DNA from: Eledone cirrhosa
Taxonomy: Eukaryota
Direction: 5' to 3'
Assembly: GCA_964016885.1 (NCBI GenBank)
Contig: OZ024749.1
Span: 19,344,001-19,408,000, forward strand
DNA length: 64,000 nt
A model generated the notes under the pieces. The model ran no database searches. It was not told the DNA's origin and saw only the letters and a program-made list of their open reading frames with translations. Positions 48,101 to 63,100 of the stretch are shown here, one piece after another (within the stretch, counting starts at the first letter, position 1; each line of letters begins with the position of its first letter). The translations under genes were made by a program, and so were the position numbers.

Positions 48101-51100
48101 TGTTTATGACTGTATTTACACTATCTATACACTGTTAATGACTGTATTTACACTATCTATACACCGTTAATGACTGTATTTACACTATCTATACACTGTT
48201 AATGACTGTATTAACATTATCTATACACTGTTAATGACTATTTACACTATCTATACACCGTTAATGACTGTATTTACACTATCTATACACCGTTAATGAC
48301 TGTATTTACACTATCTATACACTGTTAATGACTGTATTTACACTATCTATACACCGTTAATGACTGTATTTACACTATCTATACACTGTTAATGACTGTA
48401 TTTACACTATCTATACACTGTTAATGACTGTACTTACACTATCTATACACTGTTAATGACTGTATTTACACTATCTATACACTGTTAATGACTGTATTTA
48501 CACTATCTATACACTGTTAATGACTGTATTTACACTATCTATACACTGTTAATAACTGTATTTACACTATCTATACATTGTTAATGACTGTATTTACACT
48601 AACTATACACTGTTAATGACTGTTTTTACACTATCTATACACTGTAAATAACTGTATTTACATTATCTATACCTTATTAATAACTGTATTTACACTATCT
48701 ATACACTGTTAATAACTGTATTTACACTATCTATACACTGTTAATAACTGTATTTACACTATCTATACACTTAATGACTGTATTAACATTATCTATACAC
48801 TGTTAATGACTGTATTTACACTATCTATACATTGTTAATGACTGTATTTACACTATCTATACACTGTTAATGACTGTATTTACACTATCTATACACTGTT
48901 AATAACTGTATTTACACTATCTATACACTGTTAATGACTGTATTTACACTATCTATACACTGTTAATGACTGTATTTACACTATCTATACACTGTTAATG
49001 ACTGTATTTACGCTATCTATACATTGTTAATGACTGTATTTACACTATCTATACACTGTTAATGACTGTATTTACACTATCTATACACTGTTAATAACTG
49101 TATTTACACTATCTATACACTGTTAATGACTGTATTTACACTATCTATACACTGTTTATAACTGTATTTACACTATCTATACACTGTTAATAACTGTATT
49201 TACACTATCTATACACTGTTAATAACTGTATTTACACTATCTATACATTGTTAATGACTGTATTTACATTATTTATACACTGTTAATGACTGTATTTACA
49301 CTATCTATACACTGTTAAGACTGTATTTACACTATCTATACACCGTTAATGACTGTATTTACACTATCTATACACTGTTAATAACTGTATTTACACTATC
49401 TATACACTGTTAATGACTGTATTTACACTATCTATACACCGTTAATGACTGTATTTACACTATCTATACACTGTTAATAACTGTATTTACACTATCTATA
49501 CACCGTTAATGACTGTATTTACATTATCTATACACTGTTAATGACTGTATTTACACTATCTATACACCGTTAATGACTGTATTTACATTATCAATACACT
49601 GTTAATGACTGTATTTACACTATCTATACACTGTTAATGACTGTATTTACACTATCTATACACCGTTAATGACTGTATTTACACTATCTATACACTGTTA
49701 ATCACTGTATTTACACTATCTATACACTGTTAATGACTGTATTTACACTATCTATGCACTGTTAATGACTGGATTTACACTATCTATACACTGTTAATGA
49801 CTGTATTTACACTATCTATACACCGTTAATGACTGTATTTACACTATCTATACACTGTTAATGACTGTATTTACACTATCTATACACTGTTAATGACTGT
49901 ATTTACACTATCTATACACTGTTAATAACTGTATTTACACTATCTATACATTGTTAATAACTGTATTTACACTATCTATACATTGTTAATGACTGTATTT
50001 ACACTATCTATACACTGTTAATGACTGTTTTTACACTATCTATACACTGTTAATAACTGTATTTACACTATCTATACACTGTTAATGACTGTATTTACAC
50101 TATCTATACACTGTTAATGACTGTATTTACACTATCTATACACCGTTAATGACTGTATTTACATTATCTATACACTGTTAATGACTGTATTTACACTATC
50201 TATACACTGTTAATGACTGTATTTACACTATCTATACACTGTTAATAACTGTATTTACACTGTTAATAACTGTATTTACACTATCTATACATTGTTAATG
50301 ACTGTATTTACACTATCTATACATTGTTAATGACTGTATTTACACTATACACTGTTAATGACTGTATTTACACTATCTATACATTGTTAATGACTGTATT
50401 TACACTATCTATACACTGTTAATGACTGCATTTACACTATCTATACACTGTTAATGACTGTATTTACACTATCTAAACACTGTTAATGACTGTATTTACA
50501 CTATCTATACACTGTTAATGACTGTATTTACACTATCTATACACTGTTAATGACTGTATTTACACTATCTATACACTGTTAATGACTGTATTTACACTAT
50601 CTATACACTGTTTATGACTGTATTTACACTATCTATACACTGTTAATGACTGTATTTACACTATCTATACACTGTTAATGACTGTATTTACACTATCTAT
50701 ACACCGTTAATGACTGTATTTACACTATCTATACACTGTTAATGACTGTATTTACACTATCTATACACTGTTAATAACTGTATTTACATTATCGATACAC
50801 TGTTAATGACTCTATTTACACTATCTATACACCGTTAATGACTGTATTTACATTATCTATACACTGTTAATAACTGTATTTACACTATCTATACACTGTT
50901 AATAACTGTATTTACACTATCTATACACTGTTAATAACTGTATTTACACTATCTATACATTGTTAATGACTGTATTTACACTATCTATACACTGTTAATA
51001 ACTGTATTTACACTATCTATACACTGTTAATGACTGTATTTACACTATCTATACACTGTTAATAACTGTATTTACACTATCTATACACTGTTAATAACTG

Positions 51101-54100
51101 TATTTACACTATCTATACACTGTTAATAACTGTATTTACACTATCTATACACTGTTAATGACTGTATTTACACTATCTATACATTGTTAATGACTGTATT
51201 TACACTATCTATACATTGTTAATGACTGTATTTACACTATCTATACATTGTTAATGACTGTATTTACACTATCTATGCACTGTTAATGACTGGATTTACA
51301 CTATCTATGCACTGTTAATGACTGTATTTACACTATCTATACATTGTTAATGACTGTATTTACACTATCTATACACTGTTAATCACTGTATTTACACTAT
51401 CTATACACTGTTAATGACTGTATTTACACTATCTATACACTGTTAATCACTCTATTTACACTATCTATACACTGTTAATGACTGTATTTACACTATCTAT
51501 ACATTGTTAATGACTGTATTTACACTATCTATACATTGTTAATGACTGTATTTACACTATCTATACACTGTTAATGACTGTATTTACACTATCTATACAC
51601 TGTTAATGACTGTATTTACACTATCTATACATTGTTAATAACTGTATTTACACTATCTATACACTGTTAATAACTGTATTTACACTATCTATACATTGTT
51701 AATGACTGTATTTACACTATCTATACACTGTTAATGACTGTATTTACACTATCTATACACCGTTAATGACTGTATTTACATTATCTATACACTGTTAATG
51801 ACTCTATTTACACTATCTATACACTGTTAATAACTGTATTTACACTATCTATACACTGTTAATAACTGTATTTACACTATCTATACACTGTTAATGACTG
51901 TATTTACACTATCTATACACTGTTAATGACTGTATTTACGCTATCTATACACCGTTAATGACTGTATTTACATTATCGATACACTGTTAATGACTCTATT
52001 TACACTATCTATACACCGTTAATGACTGTATTTACATTATCTATACACTGTTAATGACTGTATTTACACTATCTATACACTGTTAATGACTGTATTTACA
52101 CTATCTATACACCGTTAATGACTGTATTTACACTATCTATACACTGTTACTGACTGTATTTACACTATCTATACACTGATAATAACTGTATTTACACTAT
52201 CTATACACTGTTATTGACTGTATTTACACTATCTATACACTGTTAATAACTGTATTTACACTATCCATACACTGTTAATAACTGTATTTACACTATCTAT
52301 ACACTGTTAATAACTGTATTTACACTATCTATACATTGTTAATGACTGTATTTACACTATCTATACACTGTTATTGACTGTATTTACACTATCTATACAC
52401 TGTTAATAACTGTATTTACACTATCTATACATTGTTAATAACTGTATTTACACTATCTATACACTGTTAATGACTGTATTTACACTATCTATACACTGTT
52501 AATGACTGTATTTACACTATCTATACACTGTTAATAACTGTATTTACACTATCTATACATTGTTAATAACTGTATTTACACTATCTATACATTGTTAATG
52601 ACTGTATTTACACTATCTATACACTGTTAATGACTGTATTTACACTATCTATACACTGTTAATAACTGTATTTACACTATCTATACACTGCTAATGACTG
52701 TATTTACACTATCTATACACTGTTAATGACTGTATTTACACTATCTATACACCGTTAATGACTGTATTTACATTATCTATACACTGTTAATGACTGTATT
52801 TACACTATCTATACACTGTTAATGACTGTATTTACACTATCTATACACTGTTAATAACTGTATTTACACTGTTAATAACTGTATTTACACTATCTATACA
52901 CTGTTAATGACTGTATTTACACTATCTATACATTGTTAATGACTGTATTTACACTATCTATACATTGTTAATGACTGTATTTACACTATCTATACATTGT
53001 TAATGACTGTATTTACACTATACACTGTTAATGACTGTATTTACACTATCTATACATTGTTAATGACTGTATTTACACTATCTATACACTGTTAATGACT
53101 GCATTTACACTATCTATACACTGTTAATGACTGTATTTACACTATCTAAACACTGTTAATGACTGTATTTACACTATCTATACACTGTTAATGACTGTAT
53201 TTACACTATCTATACACTGTTAATGACTGTATTTACACTATCTATACACCGTTAATGACTGTATTTATGCTATCTATACACTGTTAATGACTGTATTAAC
53301 ATTATCTATACACTGTTAATGACTGTATTTACACTATCTATACACTGTTAATGACTGTATTTACACTATCTATACACTGTTAATGACTGTATTTACACTA
53401 TCTATACATTGTTAATGACTGTATTTACACTATCTATACACTGTTAATGACTGTATTTACACTATCTATACACTGTTAATGACTGCATTTACACTATCTA
53501 TACACTGTTAATGACTGTATTTACACTATCTAAACACTGTTAATGACTGTATTTACACTATCTATACACTGTTAATGACTGTATTTACACTATCTATACA
53601 CTGTTAATGACTGTATTTACACTATCTATACACCGTTAATGACTGTATTTATGCTATCTATACACTGTTAATGACTGTATTAACATTATCTATACACTGT
53701 TAATGACTGTATTTACACTATCTATACACTGTTAATGACTGTATTTACACTATCTATACACTGTTAATGACTGTATTTACACTATCTATACATTGTTAAT
53801 GACTGTATTTACACTATCTATACACTGTTAATGACTGTATTTACACTATCTATACACTGTTAATGACTGTATTTACACTATCTATACACTGTTAATGACT
53901 GTATTTACACTATCTATACACTGTTTATGACTGTATTTACACTATCTATACACTGTTAATGACTGTATTTACACTATCTATACACTGTTAATGACTGTAT
54001 TTACACTATCTATACACCGTTAATGACTGTATTTAAACTATCTATACACTGTTAATGACTGTATTAACATTATCTATACACTGTTAATGACTATTTACAC

Positions 54101-57100
54101 TATCTATACACCGTTAATGACTGTATTTACACTATCTATACACCGTTAATGACTGTATTTACACTATCTATACACTGTTAATGACTGTATTTACACTATC
54201 TATACACCGTTAATGACTGTATTTACACTATCTATACACTGTTAATGACTGTATTTACACTATCTATACACTGTTAATAACTGTATTTACATTATCGATA
54301 CACTGTTAATGACTCTATTTACACTATCTATACACCGTTAATGACTGTATTTACATTATCTATACACTGTTAATAACTGTATTTACACTATCTATACACT
54401 GTTAATAACTGTATTTACACTATCTATACACTGTTAATAACTGCATTTACACTATCTATTCATTGTTAATGACTGTATTTACACTATCTATACACTGTTA
54501 ATAACTGTATTTACACTATCTATGCACTGTTAATGACTGTATTTACACTATCTATACACTGTTAATAACTGTATTTACACTATCTATACACTGTTAATAA
54601 CTGTATTTACACTATCTATACACTGTTAATAACTGTATTTACACTATCTATACACTGTTAATGACTGTATTTACACTATCTATACATTGTTAATGACTGT
54701 ATTTACACTATCTATACATTGTTAATGACTGTATTTACACTATCTATACATTGTTAATGACTGTATTTACACTATCTATGCACTGTTAATGACTGGATTT
54801 ACACTATCTATACACTGTTAATGACTGTATTTACACTATCTATACATTGTTAATGACTGTATTTACACTATCTATACACTGTTAATCACTGTATTTACAC
54901 TATCTATACACTGTTAATGACTGTATTTACACTATCTATACACTGTTAATCACTCTATTTACACTATCTATACACTGTTAATGACTGTATTTACACTATC
55001 TATACATTGTTAATGACTGTATTTACACTATCTATACATTGTTAATGACTGTATTTACACTATCTATACACTGTTAATGACTGTATTTACACTATCTATA
55101 CACTGTTAATGACTGTATTTACACTATCTATACATTGTTAATAACTGTATTTACACTATCTATACACTGTTAATAACTGTATTTACACTATCTATACATT
55201 GTTAATGACTGTATTTACACTATCTATACACTGTTAATGACTGTATTTACACTATCTATACACCGTTAATGACTGTATTTACATTATCTATACACTGTTA
55301 ATGACTCTATTTACACTATCTATACACTGTTAATAACTGTATTTACACTATCTATACACTGTTAATAACTGTATTTACACTATCTATACACTGTTAATGA
55401 CTGTATTTACACTATCTATACACTGTTAATGACTGTATTTACACTATCTATACACCGTTAATGACTGTATTTACATTATCGATACACTGTTAATGACTCT
55501 ATTTACACTATCTATACACCGTTAATGACTGTATTTACATTATCTATACACTGTTAATGACTGTATTTACACTATCTATACACTGTTAATGACTGTATTT
55601 ACACTATCTATACACCGTTAATGACTGTATTTACACTATCTATACACTGTTACTGACTGTATTTACACTATCTATACACTGTTAATAACTGTATTTACAC
55701 TATCTATACGCTGTTATTGACTGTATTTACACTATCTATACACTGTTAATAACTGTATTTACACTATCCATACACTGTTAATAACTGTATTTACACTATC
55801 TATACACTGTTAATAACTGTATTTACACTATCTATACATTGTTAATGACTGTATTTACACTATCTATACACTGTTATTGACTGTATTTACACTATCTATA
55901 CACTGTTAATAACTGTATTTACACTATCTATACATTGTTAATAACTGTATTTACACTATCTATACACTGTTAATGACTGTATTTACACTATCTATACACT
56001 GTTAATGACTGTATTTACACTATCTATACACTGTTAATAACTGTATTTACACTATCTATACATTGTTAATAACTGTATTTACACTATCTATACATTGTTA
56101 ATGACTGTATTTACACTATCTATACACTGTTAATGACTGTATTTACACTATCTATACACTGTTAATAACTGTATTTACACTATCTATACACTGTTAATGA
56201 CTGTATTTACACTATCTATACACTGTTAATGACTGTATTTACACTATCTATACACCGTTAATGACTGTATTTACATTATCTATACACTGTTAATGACTGT
56301 ATTTACACTATCTATACACTGTTAATGACTGTATTTACACTATCTATACACTGTTAATAACTGTATTTACACTGTTAATAACTGTATTTACACTATCTAT
56401 ACACTGTTAATGACTGTATTTACACTATCTATACATTGTTAATGACTGTATTTACACTATCTATACATTGTTAATGACTGTATTTACACTATCTATACAT
56501 TGTTAATGACTGTATTTACACTATACACTGTTAATGACTGTATTTACACTATCTATACATTGTTAATGACTGTATTTACACTATCTATACACTGTTAATG
56601 ACTGCATTTACACTATCTATACACTGTTAATGACTGTATTTACACTATCTAAACACTGTTAATGACTGTATTTACACTATCTATACACTGTTAATGACTG
56701 TATTTACACTATCTATACACTGTTAATGACTGTATTTACACTATCTATACACCGTTAATGACTGTATTTATGCTATCTATACACTGTTAATGACTGTATT
56801 AACATTATCTATACACTGTTAATGACTGTATTTACACTATCTATACACTGTTAATGACTGTATTTACACTATCTATACACTGTTAATGACTGTATTTACA
56901 CTATCTATACATTGTTAATGACTGTATTTACACTATCTATACACTGTTAATGACTGTATTTACACTATCTATACACTGTTAATGACTGTATTTACACTAT
57001 CTATACACTGTTAATGACTGTATTTACACTATCTATACACTGTTTATGACTGTATTTACACTATCTATACACTGTTAATGACTGTATTTACACTATCTAT

Positions 57101-60100
57101 ACACTGTTAATGACTGTATTTACACTATCTATACACCGTTAATGACTGTATTTACACTATCTATACACTGTTAATGACTGTATTAACATTATCTATACAC
57201 TGTTAATGACTATTTACACTATCTATACACCGTTAATGACTGTATTTACACTATCTATACACCGTTAATGACTGTATTTACACTATCTATACACTGTTAA
57301 TGACTGTATTTACACTATCTATACACCGTTAATGACTGTATTTACACTATCTATACACTGTTAATGACTGTATTTACACTATCTATACACTGTTAATAAC
57401 TGTATTTACACTATCTATACACTGTTAATAACTGTATTTACACTATCTATACACTGTTAATAACTGTATTTACACTATCTATACACTGTTAATAACTGTA
57501 TTTACACTATCTATACATTGTTAATGACTGTATTTACACTATCTATACACTGTTAATAACTGTATTTACACTATCTATACACTGTTAATAACTGTATTTA
57601 CACTATCTATACACTGTTAATAACTGTATTTACACTATCTATACACTGTTAATGACTGTATTTACACTATCTATACATTGTTAATGACTGTATTTACACT
57701 ATCTATACATTGTTAATGACTGTATTTACACTATCTATACATTGTTAATGACTGTATTTACACTATCTATGCACTGTTAATGACTGGATTTACACTATCT
57801 ATACACTGTTAATGACTGTATTTACACTATCTATACATTGTTAATGACTGTATTTACACTATCTATACACTGTTAATCACTGTATTTACACTATCTATAC
57901 ACTGTTAATGACTGTATTTACACTATCTATACATTGTTAATGACTGTATTTACACTATCTATACACTGTTAATGACTGTATTTACACTATCTATACACTG
58001 TTAATGACTGTATTTACACTATCTATACATTGTTAATGACTGTATTTACACTATCTATACACTGTTAATGACTGTATTTACACTATCTATACACTGTTAA
58101 TGACTGTATTTACACTATCTATACACCGTTAATGACTGTATTTACATTATCTATACACTGTTAATGACTCTATTTACACTATCTATACACCGTTAATGAC
58201 TGTATTTACATTATCTATACACTGTTAATGACTGTATTTACACTATCTATACACTGTTAATGACTGTATTTACACTATCTATACACCGTTAATGACTGTA
58301 TTTACACTATCTATACACTGTTACTGACTGTATTTACACTATCTATACACTGTTAATAACTGTATTTACACTATCTATACACTGTTATTGACTGTATTTA
58401 CACTATCTATACACTGTTAATAACTGTATTTACACTATCCATACACTGTTAATAACTGTATTTACACTATCTATACACTGTTAATAACTGTATTTACACT
58501 ATCTATACATTGTTAATAACTGTATTTACACTATCTATACACTGTTAATGACTGTATTTACACTATCTATACACTGTTAATGACTGTATTTACACTATCT
58601 ATACACTGTTAATAACTGTATTTACACTATCTATACATTGTTAATAACTGTATTTACACTATCTATACATTGTTAATGACTGTATTTACACTATCTATAC
58701 ACTGTTAATGACTGTATTTACACTATCTATACACTGTTAATAACTGTATTTACACTATCTATACACTGTTAATGACTGTATTTACACTATCTATACACTG
58801 TTAATGACTGTATTTACACTATCTATACACCGTTAATGACTATTTACATTATCTATACACTGTTAATGACTGTATTTACACTATCTATACACTGTTAATG
58901 ACTGTATTTACACTATCTATACACTGTTAATAACTGTATTTACACTGTTAATAACTGTATTTACACTATCTATACACTGTTAATGACTGTATTTACACTA
59001 TCTATACATTGTTAATGACTGTATTTACACTATCTATACATTGTTAATGACTGTATTTACACTATCTATACATTGTTAATGACTGTATTTACACTATCTA
59101 TACACTGTTAATGACTGTATTTACACTATCTATACATTGTTAATGACTGTATTTACACTATCTATACATTGTTAATGACTGTATTTACACTATCTATACA
59201 CTGTTAATGACTGCATTTACACTATCTATACACTGTTAATGACTGTATTTACACTATCTATACACTGTTAATGACTGTATTTACACTATCTATACACTGT
59301 TAATGACTGTATTTACACTATCTATACACTGTTAATGACTGTATTTACACTATCTATACACCGTTAATGACTGTATTTATGCTATCTATACACTGTTAAT
59401 GACTGTATTAACATTATCTATACACTGTTAATGACTGTATTTACACTATCTATACACTGTTAATGACTGTATTTACACTATCTATACACTGTTAATGACT
59501 GTATTTACACTATCTATACATTGTTAATGACTGTATTTACACTATCTATACACTGTTAATGACTGTATTTACACTATCTATACACTGTTAATGACTGTAT
59601 TTACACTATCTATACACTGTTAATGACTGTATTTACACTATCTATACACTGTTTATGACTGTATTTACACTATCTATACACTGTTAATGACTGTATTTAC
59701 ACTATCTATACACCGTTAATGACTGTATTTACACTATCTATACACTGTTAATGACTGTATTAACATTATCTATACACTGTTAATGACTATTTACACTATC
59801 TATACACCGTTAATGACTGTATTTACACTATCTATACACCGTTAATGACTGTATTTACACTATCTATACACTGTTAATGACTGTATTTACACTATCTATA
59901 CACCGTTAATGACTGTATTTACACTATCTATACACTGTTAATGACTGTATTTACACTATCTATACACTGTTAATGACTGTACTTACACTATCTATACACT
60001 GTTAATGACTGTATTTACACTATCTATACACTGTTAATGACTGTATTTACACTATCTATACACTGTTAATGACTGTATTTACACTATCTATACACTGTTA

Positions 60101-63100
60101 ATAACTGTATTTACACTATCTATACATTGTTAATGACTGTATTTACACTAACTATACACTGTTAATGACTGTTTTTACACTATCTATACACTGTAAATAA
60201 CTGTATTTACATTATCTATACCTTATTAATAACTGTATTTACACTATCTATACACTGTTAATAACTGTATTTACACTATCTATACACTGTTAATAACTGT
60301 ATTTACACTATCTATACACTTAATGACTGTATTAACATTATCTATACACTGTTAATGACTGTATTTACACTATCTATACATTGTTAATGACTGTATTTAC
60401 ACTATCTATACACTGTTAATGACTGTATTTACACTATCTATACACTGTTAATAACTGTATTTACACTATCTATACACTGTTAATGACTGTATTTACACTA
60501 TCTATACACTGTTAATGACTGTATTTACACTATCTATACACTGTTAATGACTGTATTTACGCTATCTATACATTGTTAATGACTGTATTTACACTATCTA
60601 TACACTGTTAATGACTGTATTTACACTATCTATACACTGTTAATAACTGTATTTACACTATCTATACACTGTTAATGACTGTATTTACACTATCTATACA
60701 CTGTTTATAACTGTATTTACACTATCTATACACTGTTAATAACTGTATTTACACTATCTATACACTGTTAATAACTGTATTTACACTATCTATACATTGT
60801 TAATGACTGTATTTACATTATTTATACACTGTTAATGACTGTATTTACACTATCTATACACTGTTAAGACTGTATTTACACTATCTATACACCGTTAATG
60901 ACTGTATTTACACTATCTATACACTGTTAATAACTGTATTTACACTATCTATACACTGTTAATGACTGTATTTACACTATCTATACACCGTTAATGACTG
61001 TATTTACACTATCTATACACTGTTAATAACTGTATTTACACTATCTATACACCGTTAATGACTGTATTTACATTATCTATACACTGTTAATGACTGTATT
61101 TACACTATCTATACACCGTTAATGACTGTATTTACATTATCTATACACTGTTAATGACTGTATTTACACTATCTATACACTGTTAATGACTGTATTTACA
61201 CTATCTATACACCGTTAATGACTGTATTTACACTATCTATACACTGTTAATCACTGTATTTACACTATCTATACACTGTTAATGACTGTATTTACACTAT
61301 CTATGCACTGTTAATGACTGGATTTACACTATCTATACACTGTTAATGACTGTATTTACACTATCTATACACCGTTAATGACTGTATTTACACTATCTAT
61401 ACACTGTTAATCACTGTATTTACACTATCTATACACTGTTAATGACTGTATTTACACTATCTATACACTGTTAATAACTGTATTTACACTATCTATACAC
61501 TGTTAATGACTGTATTTACACTATCTATACACTGTTAATGACTGTATTTACACTATCTATACACTGTTAATGACTGTATTTACACTATCTATTCATTGTT
61601 AATGACTGTATTTACACTATCTATACACTGTTAATGACTGTATTTACACTATCTATACACTGTTAATAACTGTATTTACACTATCTATACACTGTTAATG
61701 ACTGTATTTACACTATCTATACACTGTTTATAACTGTATTTACACTATCTATACACTGTTAATAACTGTATTTACACTATCTATACACTGTTAATAACTG
61801 TATTTACACTATCTATACATTGTTAATGACTGTATTTACACTATCTATACACTGTTAATAACTGTATTTACACTATCTATACACTGTTAATGACTGTATT
61901 TACACTATCTATACACTGTTAATAACTGTATTTACACTATCTATACACTGTTAATAACTGTATTTACACTATCTATACACTTAATGACTGTATTAACATT
62001 ATCTATACACTGTTAATGACTGTATTTACACTATCTATACATTGTTAATGACTGTATTTACACTATCTATACACTGTTAATGACTGTATTTACACTATCT
62101 ATACACTGTTAATAACTGTATTTACACTATCTATACACTGTTAATGACTGTATTTACACTATCTATACACTGTTAATGACTGTATTTACACTATCTATAC
62201 ACTGTTAATGACTGTATTTACGCTATCTATACATTGTTAATGACTGTATTTACACTATCTATACACTGTTAATGACTGTATTTACACTATCTATACACTG
62301 TTAATAACTGTATTTACACTATCTATACACTGTTAATGACTGTATTTACACTATCTATACACTGTTTATAACTGTATTTACACTATCTATACACTGTTAA
62401 TAACTGTATTTACACTATCTATACACTGTTAATAACTGTATTTACACTATCTATACATTGTTAATGACTGTATTTACATTATTTATACACTGTTAATGAC
62501 TGTATTTACACTATCTATACACTGTTAAGACTGTATTTACACTATCTATACACCGTTAATGACTGTATTTACACTATCTATACACTGTTAATAACTGTAT
62601 TTACACTATCTATACACTGTTAATGACTGTATTTACACTATCTATACACCGTTAATGACTGTATTTACACTATCTATACACTGTTAATAACTGTATTTAC
62701 ACTATCTATACACCGTTAATGACTGTATTTACATTATCTATACACTGTTAATGACTGTATTTACACTATCTATACACCGTTAATGACTGTATTTACATTA
62801 TCTATACACTGTTAATGACTGTATTTACACTATCTATACACTGTTAATGACTGTATTTACACTATCTATACACCGTTAATGACTGTATTTACACTATCTA
62901 TACACTGTTAATCACTGTATTTACACTATCTATACACTGTTAATGACTGTATTTACACTATCTATGCACTGTTAATGACTGGATTTACACTATCTATACA
63001 CTGTTAATGACTGTATTTACACTATCTATACACCGTTAATGACTGTATTTACACTATCTATACACTGTTAATCACTGTATTTACACTATCTATACACTGT

